Positions 57,096 through 64,000 of a stretch of 64,000 nt of DNA are shown piece after piece. Each line of letters opens with the position of its first letter. The stretch's first letter is position 1. Source of the DNA: a virus; the IMG/VR virus record IMGVR_UViG_3300027668_000013, positions 13,558 through 77,557 of that record; one strand, written 5' to 3'. Under the pieces are notes generated by a model that saw nothing but the letters and a program-made list of their open reading frames with translations, was not told the origin of the DNA and searched no databases. Position numbers and translations under genes: made by a program.

Positions 57096-59405
57096 TTAAT
57101 TATTAAAAAACCCTTTATTCATAGCTCTTTTCATAAAGTCGTCTGTATCAATTAACTTTTTAAATCTGTCTTCCTTTACTTCTTCAACCTTAAAATTGTA
57201 GTTCATTAACCTATGACATATAGTTAACATAAATGCAATAACACGGTCAAAGTTACCCACACGATTATAATATATAAGTTCTTCCAATAAAGGAATACTA
57301 TATATCTTGTGTAAGTTTAACTTCCCATCCCCCGCATCTTTTAACAACCAGTCCCGAGTATATATTTCCAATTCATCTTTTATATGATCGGTCATATGAA
57401 TACCATAAGTCCTGTTTACCTTAGACCTCTCCGTAGCTTTAAGTATCGTAGGAGTCTTTGCTAACAAATATAGAGAATTTTTATGTTCAAAATGCATCTT
57501 CAATGTATTTCTCTCATTCTCATATAAATCAAGGCAGTTATAATACATTAATAACTTCCTTACATTTTCATGATGTTCGGCTGCTGTATCCGGTCTACCA
57601 GTGTACTCTGCAACAGGCCATTCATATATACCTTTCTTTGTATGAAAGGTTTTATAGATAAAAGTAGAACCAAGCGAAGCAGTGGCTACAGACTTATCCT
57701 GATCATATGGATCTGTTCCTGCTACGTACAGTCCCCACGGTACACGACCTTCTTCTGCTTGTGGATGTTCCCAAATCTGTACACATCCTGTAGTATCGTC
57801 AGATTTTTTCATTTTATACCATGTAGGACTTAACTTATCCTTTAAATCTGGCTTCCATGATATTTCTGGCTTATCTCCGTTTTCTTTTTGTATCCAAACA
57901 AGCTCTCCGTTCTGTCCTTTAACAAAACCATCATGTTGATTAGCTTTTAACCAATTGACATGTTCTTTTAATTCACCTACAGGAAATATATTTGATTCTG
58001 TAATAAGAAACGCTTCAGACGGGACCCGGGGGTTGTTCTGCATCTCTTTATACAATGGTTGTTTAGATCTTCCTTTAGCAAGCTTATCTCTTTTTTTATC
58101 TACAAACTTTGTAGCTCCTATTATATCAGTTCTACCTTCTTCGTCTTTAAATTGATTTAAACCAAGTTCGTATGGTACAAAAAATCCTATATCACCACCA
58201 TCTTCCCAAACATCTTGGAAATTTAAACAGTCATATGATTCCGGATCAGTAAATACCTCCATTGCTTCTTCAGACTTACCACTCTCCATGTTACCTCCAG
58301 TACCAAACATATATATCGTACCAAACTTTCTTGTACCGTCATAAACAGTATCTTTCATAGACGCAAGTGAATCTCTTAAGTTATAATGGAAACCAACTTC
58401 CTCTAATACAGCAAGAGATGTACGTATTCCATTTCCTGCTTCAGGATTGTCACCAAAAGACCGGTGATATATCTTAGAACCAGATCCACGTTTCTGCCAA
58501 TCACCTCCAATCTTTACATCGTACTTATTCTCTATAAATTTCTTACCCGAGAACCAAGAACCTGTATGTCTTTTGTATAATGGACATCTATAATAGTTTT
58601 CTCCTAAATACCTGTCCCCTGCAAGGTTATCAGAACCTAATGCTATTTTATCTAATAGATCGACTGTATATTTTTGATCTATTGCACCTACCATAACTTC
58701 TACTACAGCTGGTGTTTTCTCTTCTCTTAATTTTACAAATTCATCATAGTCATACATACCATCCATGTGGTATGTGTGTGAGACTAAGCCATTAGCTCCC
58801 CAAAAAGACTTACCACCACCTCGACACTCTATATCTATAACATTCCAGGCGTTATTGTAAAACAATGGTTTACCTAAATTCTTAGTATGTGTTTTTCTTA
58901 TGTATTGTCTTGGGTTTTCAAATCTCTTTAATTCGTTTTTGGAATTAAAACAATTAGCTGGAATTTTAAAGTCTTCTATTTCTGTCTTAGGGTTTTCTTT
59001 TTTTTCTTTGTTATACAGATAAACTTCTATACAACAAGTAATATCATCATCATCTATAAAGCCTGAGAAGCCACGTGCTTCCATAATAACATATGATTTT
59101 TCCCATTCAAGATCTCTAAGAAATGGTTTAGCTAAAACCTTTGTTGTAGAGTATTCTGTTTTGTTTAATCGGATTTTACAAAGGTTAACATACCAATATA
59201 AAGGGCCTGGCATCCACTTCCCATCGTGCCAAAAACCCTCCATACATCTTCTCTTTATTTCCCTCCAATATGTTTTATAATTAATTGACAAAGGATGCCA
59301 GTCTATGATATCATGTAAAAAATGTATATTAGAAACATACTTAGAATGTTTTTTTTCATCCTTATACGTATCTTGATTGTTTCTTTTATCTATTTTTTTT
59401 TTCAT
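57096..59405 (-). CDS. terL: terminase large subunit
   Basis: Walker A RGGGKS, Walker B LEEVG, GTGG, nuclease GTDPYD, EYTGRP, NFDRV. Confidence 0.92.
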   Translation of the reverse strand: MKKKIDKRNNQDTYKDEKKHSKYVSNIHFLHDIIDWHPLSINYKTYWREIKRRCMEGFWHDGKWMPGPLYWYVNLCKIRLNKTEYSTTKVLAKPFLRDLEWEKSYVIMEARGFSGFIDDDDITCCIEVYLYNKEKKENPKTEIEDFKIPANCFNSKNELKRFENPRQYIRKTHTKNLGKPLFYNNAWNVIDIECRGGGKSFWGANGLVSHTYHMDGMYDYDEFVKLREEKTPAVVEVMVGAIDQKYTVDLLDKIALGSDNLAGDRYLGENYYRCPLYKRHTGSWFSGKKFIENKYDVKIGGDWQKRGSGSKIYHRSFGDNPEAGNGIRTSLAVLEEVGFHYNLRDSLASMKDTVYDGTRKFGTIYMFGTGGNMESGKSEEAMEVFTDPESYDCLNFQDVWEDGGDIGFFVPYELGLNQFKDEEGRTDIIGATKFVDKKRDKLAKGRSKQPLYKEMQNNPRVPSEAFLITESNIFPVGELKEHVNWLKANQHDGFVKGQNGELVWIQKENGDKPEISWKPDLKDKLSPTWYKMKKSDDTTGCVQIWEHPQAEEGRVPWGLYVAGTDPYDQDKSVATASLGSTFIYKTFHTKKGIYEWPVAEYTGRPDTAAEHHENVRKLLMYYNCLDLYENERNTLKMHFEHKNSLYLLAKTPTILKATERSKVNRTYGIHMTDHIKDELEIYTRDWLLKDAGDGKLNLHKIYSIPLLEELIYYNRVGNFDRVIAFMLTICHRLMNYNFKVEEVKEDRFKKLIDTDDFMKRAMNKGFFNN

Positions 59406-59631
59406 CCCTCATCTTTTTTGCAAGTAGTTTCTTTTCATCAATCTTTTTTCTTCTACCTTTAGGGACACCAAACGTTCCTAAAAATTGTAGTCTAACTTGT
59501 TCGTCATTACCACACTGTAAAATATTTGCAACAAAAGCAAACTGAGAATCTACAATAGACTTTACTATATTAACAGGTACACCGTATTGTTCAGATAACT
59601 CTTCGTATTTTTCTTGATGAGGATTTTTCAT
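59386..59631 (-). CDS. HU/IHF-like small protein
   Basis: LSEQYGV...V..IVDSQF...VRLQFLGTF pattern. Confidence 0.6.
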   Translation of the reverse strand: MKNPHQEKYEELSEQYGVPVNIVKSIVDSQFAFVANILQCGNDEQVRLQFLGTFGVPKGRRKKIDEKKLLAKKMRDEKKNR

Positions 59632-60212
59632 ATTTCACCAGTATCTGATAAAGATTCTTGACCACCTCCCATTGCTTGTCCTTTCTCTACTTCGTCTGAT
59701 ACTAACTTTCTTGCTTGTTCATAAAGATCATAAATCTTTTTAGTATCGGCAAGCATCTTATCTAACATGGAAGCAGTGTTACCAATCCATTGACCTCTTT
59801 CATTAGCTATCCCAATGTCGTAATCGGTATCTCTTAAAAAAGCAGAACGCTGTTCTAACTTTTCTTCTATTTCCCTTAAAGATCTACGAGCTGTAGTTTC
59901 TTGAAGCTTTAAATAAAATATTCTTAGTTTATTTATTTTAGCCTTATTCTTTTTATAATAATTCTTATCTCCATAAACATCTTCAAACAATAAGTCTACT
60001 TTAGAGTCTTCCCCAAACTCAGGCAGATTATAATACTTTGAATCTCTATCCCAAATTAAGGCAACTGTCCATAACAATTTAGAAGAATTATTTTTCTTTG
60101 TAGATTTATCAGACTTATAAATATCCTTAAATGCCCCAGCTACTTTAAGACTTGGGTGTAAGTCCCAAATGTTTTCTTCTATTAATTCCAGATTGTCTAT
60201 TACTTTTCCCAT
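59628..60212 (-). CDS. hypothetical protein (possible terminase small subunit)
   Basis: 194 aa, helical, upstream of TerL, C-terminal GGGQES. Confidence 0.45.
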   Translation of the reverse strand: MGKVIDNLELIEENIWDLHPSLKVAGAFKDIYKSDKSTKKNNSSKLLWTVALIWDRDSKYYNLPEFGEDSKVDLLFEDVYGDKNYYKKNKAKINKLRIFYLKLQETTARRSLREIEEKLEQRSAFLRDTDYDIGIANERGQWIGNTASMLDKMLADTKKIYDLYEQARKLVSDEVEKGQAMGGGQESLSDTGEI

Positions 60213-60345
60213 ACTTGGTATCTTCTGTTACAGCTTCACCTTCTACACTTTCATCATATCCAGGAGAATGCCCTATTTGTAAGTCTATGTCTTCAAGTTT
60301 TTGAAATGCATTTTTTGTTTCACACTCTTTTTTTATATTATTCAT
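60145..60345 (-). CDS. hypothetical protein
   Basis: 66-aa ORF fills the gap between co-oriented genes; 68-nt overlap with the next gene. Confidence 0.4.
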   Translation of the reverse strand: MNNIKKECETKNAFQKLEDIDLQIGHSPGYDESVEGEAVTEDTKYGKSNRQSGINRRKHLGLTPKS

Positions 60346-60369
60346 TATACGTTTTATAATCTTTTAAAC

Positions 60370-60624
60370 TTATTTTTTTTCAAGTTCTTGTAATTTCATT
60401 AACAACGTACCGTATCTTGTTACCCAAGCTTTTAATTTTTCTTGCCTTACTTCACATTCCTGTATTGAAAGATCATCAAATATGTTTATGTCAAACAAAG
60501 GTTTATTTTTATTATGAGTATCAAATTCTTTCTTATAAAATTTAATTCTTTTTCTCCTTTCAGAACGATTCATTTTTGAAGTGTCCTCTGGTTCAAGTCC
60601 TTTTAGTAATTCTTCACTCATCAA
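60370..60624 (-). CDS. hypothetical protein
   Basis: 84 aa with MNRSERRK motif; coupled to the upstream gene. Confidence 0.6.
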   Translation of the reverse strand: MMSEELLKGLEPEDTSKMNRSERRKRIKFYKKEFDTHNKNKPLFDINIFDDLSIQECEVRQEKLKAWVTRYGTLLMKLQELEKK

Positions 60625-60967
60625 TTAAAAATTTAAAAGTTATTTCAGTTTGAGGTATAAGCTTGGGATTGATTGTTAATCCTTCGTTCTCATAAAGCAC
60701 TCTCTTTAAAAGTAACGACTTTTTTATTGTATACCAATTTGCATGATTCAATTTATGCAATTCTTTTATAGGCTTTAACTTTTTAGTAGAGAATATAATC
60801 TCTGAAAGGTATGGTTCTTTAACACCACTGTTTTTTACATCTAAGTATAATTCGAGTAAACTTTTTGTTACCTCAAACTCCTTACCTGTTAGTTTCATAA
60901 GACCATTCCAAACACGTAAGTATTTATCAATGTGATCTTTCTTATCTGTTTTTAAACGTAGTTCCAT
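60614..60967 (-). CDS. wHTH-like protein
   Basis: LTGKEFEV...INPKLIP pattern of winged-helix phage proteins. Confidence 0.5.
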   Translation of the reverse strand: MELRLKTDKKDHIDKYLRVWNGLMKLTGKEFEVTKSLLELYLDVKNSGVKEPYLSEIIFSTKKLKPIKELHKLNHANWYTIKKSLLLKRVLYENEGLTINPKLIPQTEITFKFLIDE

Positions 60968-60971
60968 ATCC

Positions 60972-61337
60972 CTATTTCATTTTAATCTCTATTTTAAAAA
61001 TACTACTTTCTGTAAAGAACTGTTCTCTTGATTTTTTATTACCACCCCAAAGTGTTTCTGGCTTTAAAATATAAATACCTCTTTCACCTTCAATGAAATC
61101 ATTCTTCTTTAACCTGGCGATAGAGTTGGTCATAGATTGTGTAGTCATTCCTAACAGTTCTTCAAATTCATACCTTAAGCTTTTACTAACTACTAACCTA
61201 CCGTTTTCTTGCGCGTTTAAGCACATAGTAATAAACGTATTTATATCTTTACCCTTAATTAAATTTTTGCTATTTAATCTTTCAAATGTTTTAGATAATA
61301 AGTCAAGTCTATTTTTTGCTATCTCTTGAATTTTCAT
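60972..61337 (-). CDS. RepL-like winged-helix protein
   Basis: LGMTTQSMTNSIARLKKNDFI..ERGIYILKP..LWGG. Confidence 0.55.
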   Translation of the reverse strand: MKIQEIAKNRLDLLSKTFERLNSKNLIKGKDINTFITMCLNAQENGRLVVSKSLRYEFEELLGMTTQSMTNSIARLKKNDFIEGERGIYILKPETLWGGNKKSREQFFTESSIFKIEIKMK

Positions 61338-61465
61338 GCTTGTGCAGGTGATTCTGTTAAAACAATACTTTCTATTTCACTGTCGTACATATAAAGTGCG
61401 CCCTCATGAATTACATAAAGGACGCCTTCATATAAAATTGCGTCATCAATTGAAATCCTTGTCAT
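61334..61465 (-). CDS. small acidic protein (43 aa, not in ORF track)
   Basis: MTRISIDDAILYEGVLYVIHEGALYMYDSEIESIVLTESPAQA*; ATGA overlap with the next gene; fills the gap exactly. Confidence 0.6.
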   Translation of the reverse strand: MTRISIDDAILYEGVLYVIHEGALYMYDSEIESIVLTESPAQA

Positions 61466-61808
61466 GCTTACATAAAACTTCTGATTCTCTTACAATCCAA
61501 AATACACTTGGTCTGTTTGCATTAGAAGAATCAATTATTAATTTTTGAATACGACTATGGTTTTGTAATGAAACAATATCTCCCACCTCTATAAAGCTAA
61601 CCCCTTCTCCTACTGCTGCAATTACCAGTTCTCCAGTAGCGGCTTCTTGAGCCTTATCATCAATCTGCTTTAAGTATTGTTCTTTACTTAAAACAAAGTC
61701 TCCACTTGGGAAGATGTTACTTGGTGGCAATAGTGCTATTGTACCAGGATAAGGAGTAAAGTTTACTGCGCTCTTACTTTCTTTTAATTCTGTACTTTCC
61801 ATATTCAT
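61446..61808 (-). CDS. GroES-like co-chaperonin
   Basis: FTPYPG..., VIAAVGEGV..IEVGDIV, IVRESEVL match the Cpn10 signature pattern. Confidence 0.7.
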   Translation of the reverse strand: MNMESTELKESKSAVNFTPYPGTIALLPPSNIFPSGDFVLSKEQYLKQIDDKAQEAATGELVIAAVGEGVSFIEVGDIVSLQNHSRIQKLIIDSSNANRPSVFWIVRESEVLCKHDKDFN

Positions 61809-61826
61809 TCAATTTAGTATGTACAC

Positions 61827-61862
61827 CAAAACTATGTATAAAATTTAGATACACCAAATATA
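61827..61862 (-). promoter_or_regulatory. tandem Bacteroidota -7 boxes heading the late operon
   Basis: TATATTTG (61855-61862) and TAGTTTTG (61827-61834), each followed by GTGTA on the minus strand. Confidence 0.5.
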
Positions 61863-61889
61863 TGTACTGCTTTTTTATTATTTTCACAA

Positions 61890-61995
61890 TGTACGTTTTG
61901 CACATTGTACAAAGTGTACATTATTACATTATTACTAACTATAATATATATTGGTAATGGTGTACGGTTTGTACATGTATTGTACGTTTCGTACA
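61890..61995. promoter_or_regulatory. four TGTAC-N5-GTACA palindromic sites
   Basis: 61890-61904 (1 mismatch), 61906-61920, 61961-61975, 61981-61995. Confidence 0.7.
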
Positions 61996-62418
61996 TTATG
62001 TTGAGAACCAAGTAATTATATCTTTGTGCAAACTCGCAAGATTATCTTTTGGTATCTTCTCAAGATCATACACCCTGGTTAAATTATTCTTTATGTAGTG
62101 CACATCAATCCTATACGTAATAGGTGCTTTGAATCCAGCGCGTTTTACAATAAGCAGTTTTCTATCTTCTAAACTTTTACGAGTGGACTCAAACTTTCTT
62201 CTTGTCATCCTTGTAAACGGTTTCAGCCTTTCAAACGTATATGTTATCTCTTTGGACCTATGTACTTTTTGCAACTCTAATATAGTCTCAAATAAAATGA
62301 TCTCGTCATTAGTGAAATCATCTCTGTAAAAAAACTTCTTGTAAATGCTATGAGAAGGCAAGTCCTTAATAAACTTGTCATTCCTATATAAAGCTTTTAT
62401 TACATGTTGATCTGTCAT
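61996..62418 (-). CDS. winged-HTH DNA-binding protein (putative regulator/initiator)
   Basis: FTRMTRRKFESTRKSLEDRKLLIVKRAGFKAPITYRI, a wHTH pattern; start at 62418 (or 62436). Confidence 0.6.
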   Translation of the reverse strand: MTDQHVIKALYRNDKFIKDLPSHSIYKKFFYRDDFTNDEIILFETILELQKVHRSKEITYTFERLKPFTRMTRRKFESTRKSLEDRKLLIVKRAGFKAPITYRIDVHYIKNNLTRVYDLEKIPKDNLASLHKDIITWFST

Positions 62419-62420
62419 AT

Positions 62421-62445
62421 TGTACGGTTTGTACATTCAAAGATA
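62421..62445 (-). promoter_or_regulatory. -7 box (TATCTTTG) adjacent to a fifth TGTAC-N5-GTACA site
   Basis: Box at 62438-62445; palindrome TGTACGGTTTGTACA at 62421-62435, identical to the site at 61961. Confidence 0.6.
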
Positions 62446-62617
62446 TACATAAATAATGTGTACACAAAACATGTGTATATAATTTTTGAGTATTTTTTTT
62501 TGGGGGAAATTTTTTGTGAGAGATAATAAGTGTTAGGGTCCTTTTTTAAAACTCCCCCTTGGAATTGAGAGAGTCCCATGGAGGGACCTTCATAATTAAA
62601 ACAAAAAAACGCTCACT

Positions 62618-62857
62618 ATGGCTGAATTATTAAAAATTAACGAAACGGATGCAGGAAATTTCATTGGACACGTCCAAACGAAAGAAATTAAGAAAACTAT
62701 GCTTGGCAACGTGAACGCTGACAAGTATTATTTTGTCCGTCTTGCAGACAACAAAACAAAGATTGGACCAATCAAGGGCTTCGACCTTAAAGATTGGGAC
62801 GTTGTCCCATCTTTTGATGATGATGGAAACAGATTCAACTGGTTGGAACCGAAGTAG
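62618..62857 (+). CDS. hypothetical early protein
   Basis: 79 aa; first gene after the strand switch, A-rich leader, followed by a hairpin. Confidence 0.7.
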   Translation: MAELLKINETDAGNFIGHVQTKEIKKTMLGNVNADKYYFVRLADNKTKIGPIKGFDLKDWDVVPSFDDDGNRFNWLEPK

Positions 62858-62858
62858 T

Positions 62859-62885
62859 GAGAGCCCTTAGGGGCTCTTTCTGTTT
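62859..62885 (+). terminator. terminator-like hairpin
   Basis: GAGAGCCC-ttag-GGGCTCTT followed by TCTGTTT (imperfect U-tract). Confidence 0.6.
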
Positions 62886-62900
62886 GGTAGTATGCTTTAC

Positions 62901-62979
62901 TACAATAAAATTAGGTAGAGTGTTGTGTATTGTTCAGGTGATAGCGAGCGATACACACCACTCAATCCTTATTGTTGTA
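62901..62979 (+). ncRNA. long irregular RNA hairpin
   Basis: TACAATAA/TTGTTGTA, AGG/CCT, GAGTG/CACTC, TGTGTATTGTTC/GAGCGATACACA with G-U wobbles that pair only on the + strand. Confidence 0.5.
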
Positions 62980-63131
62980 TTACTATCCTATCTATCATTC
63001 TATTCAATTAGAATTATATAAAGGATATTTGTAAATAAACTAAGTGGAACTCTTGAGCAATCCACTTGATATAGATAGCTCCAGAAAAGTATAATATGTG
63101 TGCACAACATAGTATATTCTTCTGTTTTTTT

Positions 63132-63173
63132 AAATACTAATGGTTAATATAGGTTCGATTCCTATGGTATTTC
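63132..63173 (+). ncRNA. mini-tRNA-like element 1 (acceptor stem + T-arm, no anticodon)
   Basis: AAATACT-AATGGTTAAT-ATAGG-TTCGATT-CCTAT-GGTATTT-C. Confidence 0.75.
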
Positions 63174-63176
63174 TAT

Positions 63177-63270
63177 TAAACAACAGGTTTATGGTGTGTA
63201 ATTCATCAGCTGGCCTCATGACCATTCAGCCGTATAGTCGGTAATAGATTGAGACTGTTGTTTATTTTTT
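63177..63270 (+). ncRNA. structured RNA between the mini-tRNAs
   Basis: Perfect 10-bp closing stem TAAACAACAG/CTGTTGTTTA, internal GCTG/CAGC and CCG/CGG helices, trailing U-tract. Confidence 0.5.
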
Positions 63271-63312
63271 AGATGTTAATGGTTTATACAGGTTCGATTC
63301 CTGTAACATCTC
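63271..63312 (+). ncRNA. mini-tRNA-like element 2
   Basis: AGATGTT-AATGGTTTAT-ACAGG-TTCGATT-CCTGT-AACATCT-C. Confidence 0.75.
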
Positions 63313-63388
63313 TTTTAAAGTCAAGGAGTGATATAATATTTATCACCTTAGTACCTTGACATTGTAGTAGTGATACTACAAATTTATT

Positions 63389-63507
63389 ACACAACCATTA
63401 TAGTGGAGATGAATAACAATTTAGTTATATGACTCGATGAAGCTGGTAGACTGGCTCTTACAAACTGATCAAGTGAGTAGGTTAAGTGCTAATGGTTGTG
63501 TTTTTTT
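63389..63507 (+). ncRNA. multi-stem structured RNA
   Basis: 12-bp closing stem ACACAACCATTA/TAATGGTTGTGT enclosing three small helices; followed by a U-tract. Confidence 0.5.
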
Positions 63508-63510
63508 CTT

Positions 63511-63537
63511 ATTAATTAAACTTTACTAAAATACTTT
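63511..63537 (+). repeat. repeated 27-nt gene leader, copy 1
   Basis: ATTAATTAAACTTTACTAAAATACTTT, 4 nt before ATG 63542. Confidence 0.65.
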
Positions 63538-63541
63538 GATT

Positions 63542-63853
63542 ATGTACAATGTTATTAAGTTTACCGATAAAGATGGTAATGTAAATCATATACCAGCTTG
63601 TGAAGATATGTGTTCTGGAGGGATTACTTCTCATCCAGGATTAGTTGCAATAGAGATAAGTAATCTTGATGATGCAATTGAGCTTGCTAATTATTTCGAT
63701 CGTGAGATCAATGACATTTGGGATAAGTTAAAAAAACCACCGTTCTATTATAAAGAACCAAGGTCTAACAACATTCCTTTACATGTTCAGTTTGAAGAAA
63801 TGAAAAGTAATCCAATTACTCAATCTGCTAACAGCGAACATTTAGATTACTAA
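63542..63853 (+). CDS. hypothetical early protein
   Basis: 103 aa from ATG 63542, preceded by the repeated leader and followed by a terminator. Confidence 0.7.
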   Translation: MYNVIKFTDKDGNVNHIPACEDMCSGGITSHPGLVAIEISNLDDAIELANYFDREINDIWDKLKKPPFYYKEPRSNNIPLHVQFEEMKSNPITQSANSEHLDY

Positions 63854-63855
63854 TA

Positions 63856-63879
63856 AAGAGGACAGTTAGTCCTCTTTTT
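63856..63879 (+). terminator. intrinsic terminator
   Basis: AAAGAGGAC-agtta-GTCCTCTTTTT. Confidence 0.7.
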
Positions 63880-63882
63880 CTC

Positions 63883-63909
63883 ATTAATTAAATTTCACTA
63901 AAATACTTT
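63883..63909 (+). repeat. repeated 27-nt gene leader, copy 2
   Basis: ATTAATTAAATTTCACTAAAATACTTT (25/27 identical to copy 1), 3 nt before ATG 63913. Confidence 0.65.
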
Positions 63910-63912
63910 ACA

Positions 63913-64000
63913 ATGAATAACGAAACTCCAATTCAAAAAGCTGAAAGACTTATTGCATTAACTGAAAAGATATTGCATATGAAATCAGAACCAATCGTAA
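63913..64000 (+). CDS. 5' part of a hypothetical early protein (truncated)
   Basis: MNNETPIQKAERLIALTEKILHMKSEPIV..., open to the window end. Confidence 0.6.
   Translation, partial: MNNETPIQKAERLIALTEKILHMKSEPIV

Noticed and set aside
49988-59405. Introns or inteins in TerL, portal or MCP
   Set aside because: ORFs are continuous and of expected size; no intein termini or homing endonuclease motifs seen.
61890-61995. CRISPR array
   Set aside because: Repeats are 15-bp palindromes with 1-40 nt irregular gaps, no spacer-sized periodicity and no cas genes.
2218-62329. Numerous short + strand and nested ORFs in the ORF track
   Set aside because: Antisense or out-of-frame shadows of long minus-strand genes, with Phe/Ser/Leu-biased composition.
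63177-63264. Hammerhead or HDV-like/theta ribozyme
   Set aside because: CTGATGA occurs on the minus strand but has no stem II/GAAA partner, and I could not fit an HDV-like fold by eye; a CM search is needed.
63132-63312. Canonical tRNA genes (GGTTCGATTCC hits)
   Set aside because: Only 10 nt separate the acceptor 5' strand and the T-stem, so there is no D-stem or anticodon arm; reported as mini-tRNA-like instead.
1-64000. Stop-codon reassignment as in some Crassvirales
   Set aside because: Long genes are intact under code 11, and TAG and TGA both serve as real stops in tightly packed genes.

Overview
AT-rich 64-kb segment of a crAss-like (Crassvirales-type, phi14:2-like) phage, probably infecting Bacteroidota/Flavobacteria; standard genetic code. 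1-1.8 kb (+): end of an accessory operon (wHTH, SPL-family radical SAM) closed by a bidirectional terminator. 1.9-62.4 kb (-): the complete late module. In transcription order it holds a wHTH regulator, a GroES-like gene, small DNA-binding genes, TerL, portal, a cargo-like protein, scaffold, MCP, auxiliary capsid and ring proteins, muzzle, and cargo/ejection proteins. These include a 5322-aa protein fusing a zincin, the DFDID virion RNA polymerase, an A1S_2505-like domain and a PD-(D/E)xK nuclease. Tail fibres, a lysis cassette and a GT25 glycosyltransferase follow. 62.6-64 kb (+): start of a putative early region. The most unusual signal is a ~650-nt array of structured RNAs (62.86-63.51 kb) containing two co-varying 41-nt 'mini-tRNAs' (acceptor stem + GG linker + T-arm, no anticodon arm). 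Also notable: five TGTAC-N5-GTACA palindromes around the wHTH gene and late promoter, and a [YF]xxG/PDGKG peptide motif at module boundaries of cargo proteins. All protein assignments come from motif recognition and synteny, not from database searches.
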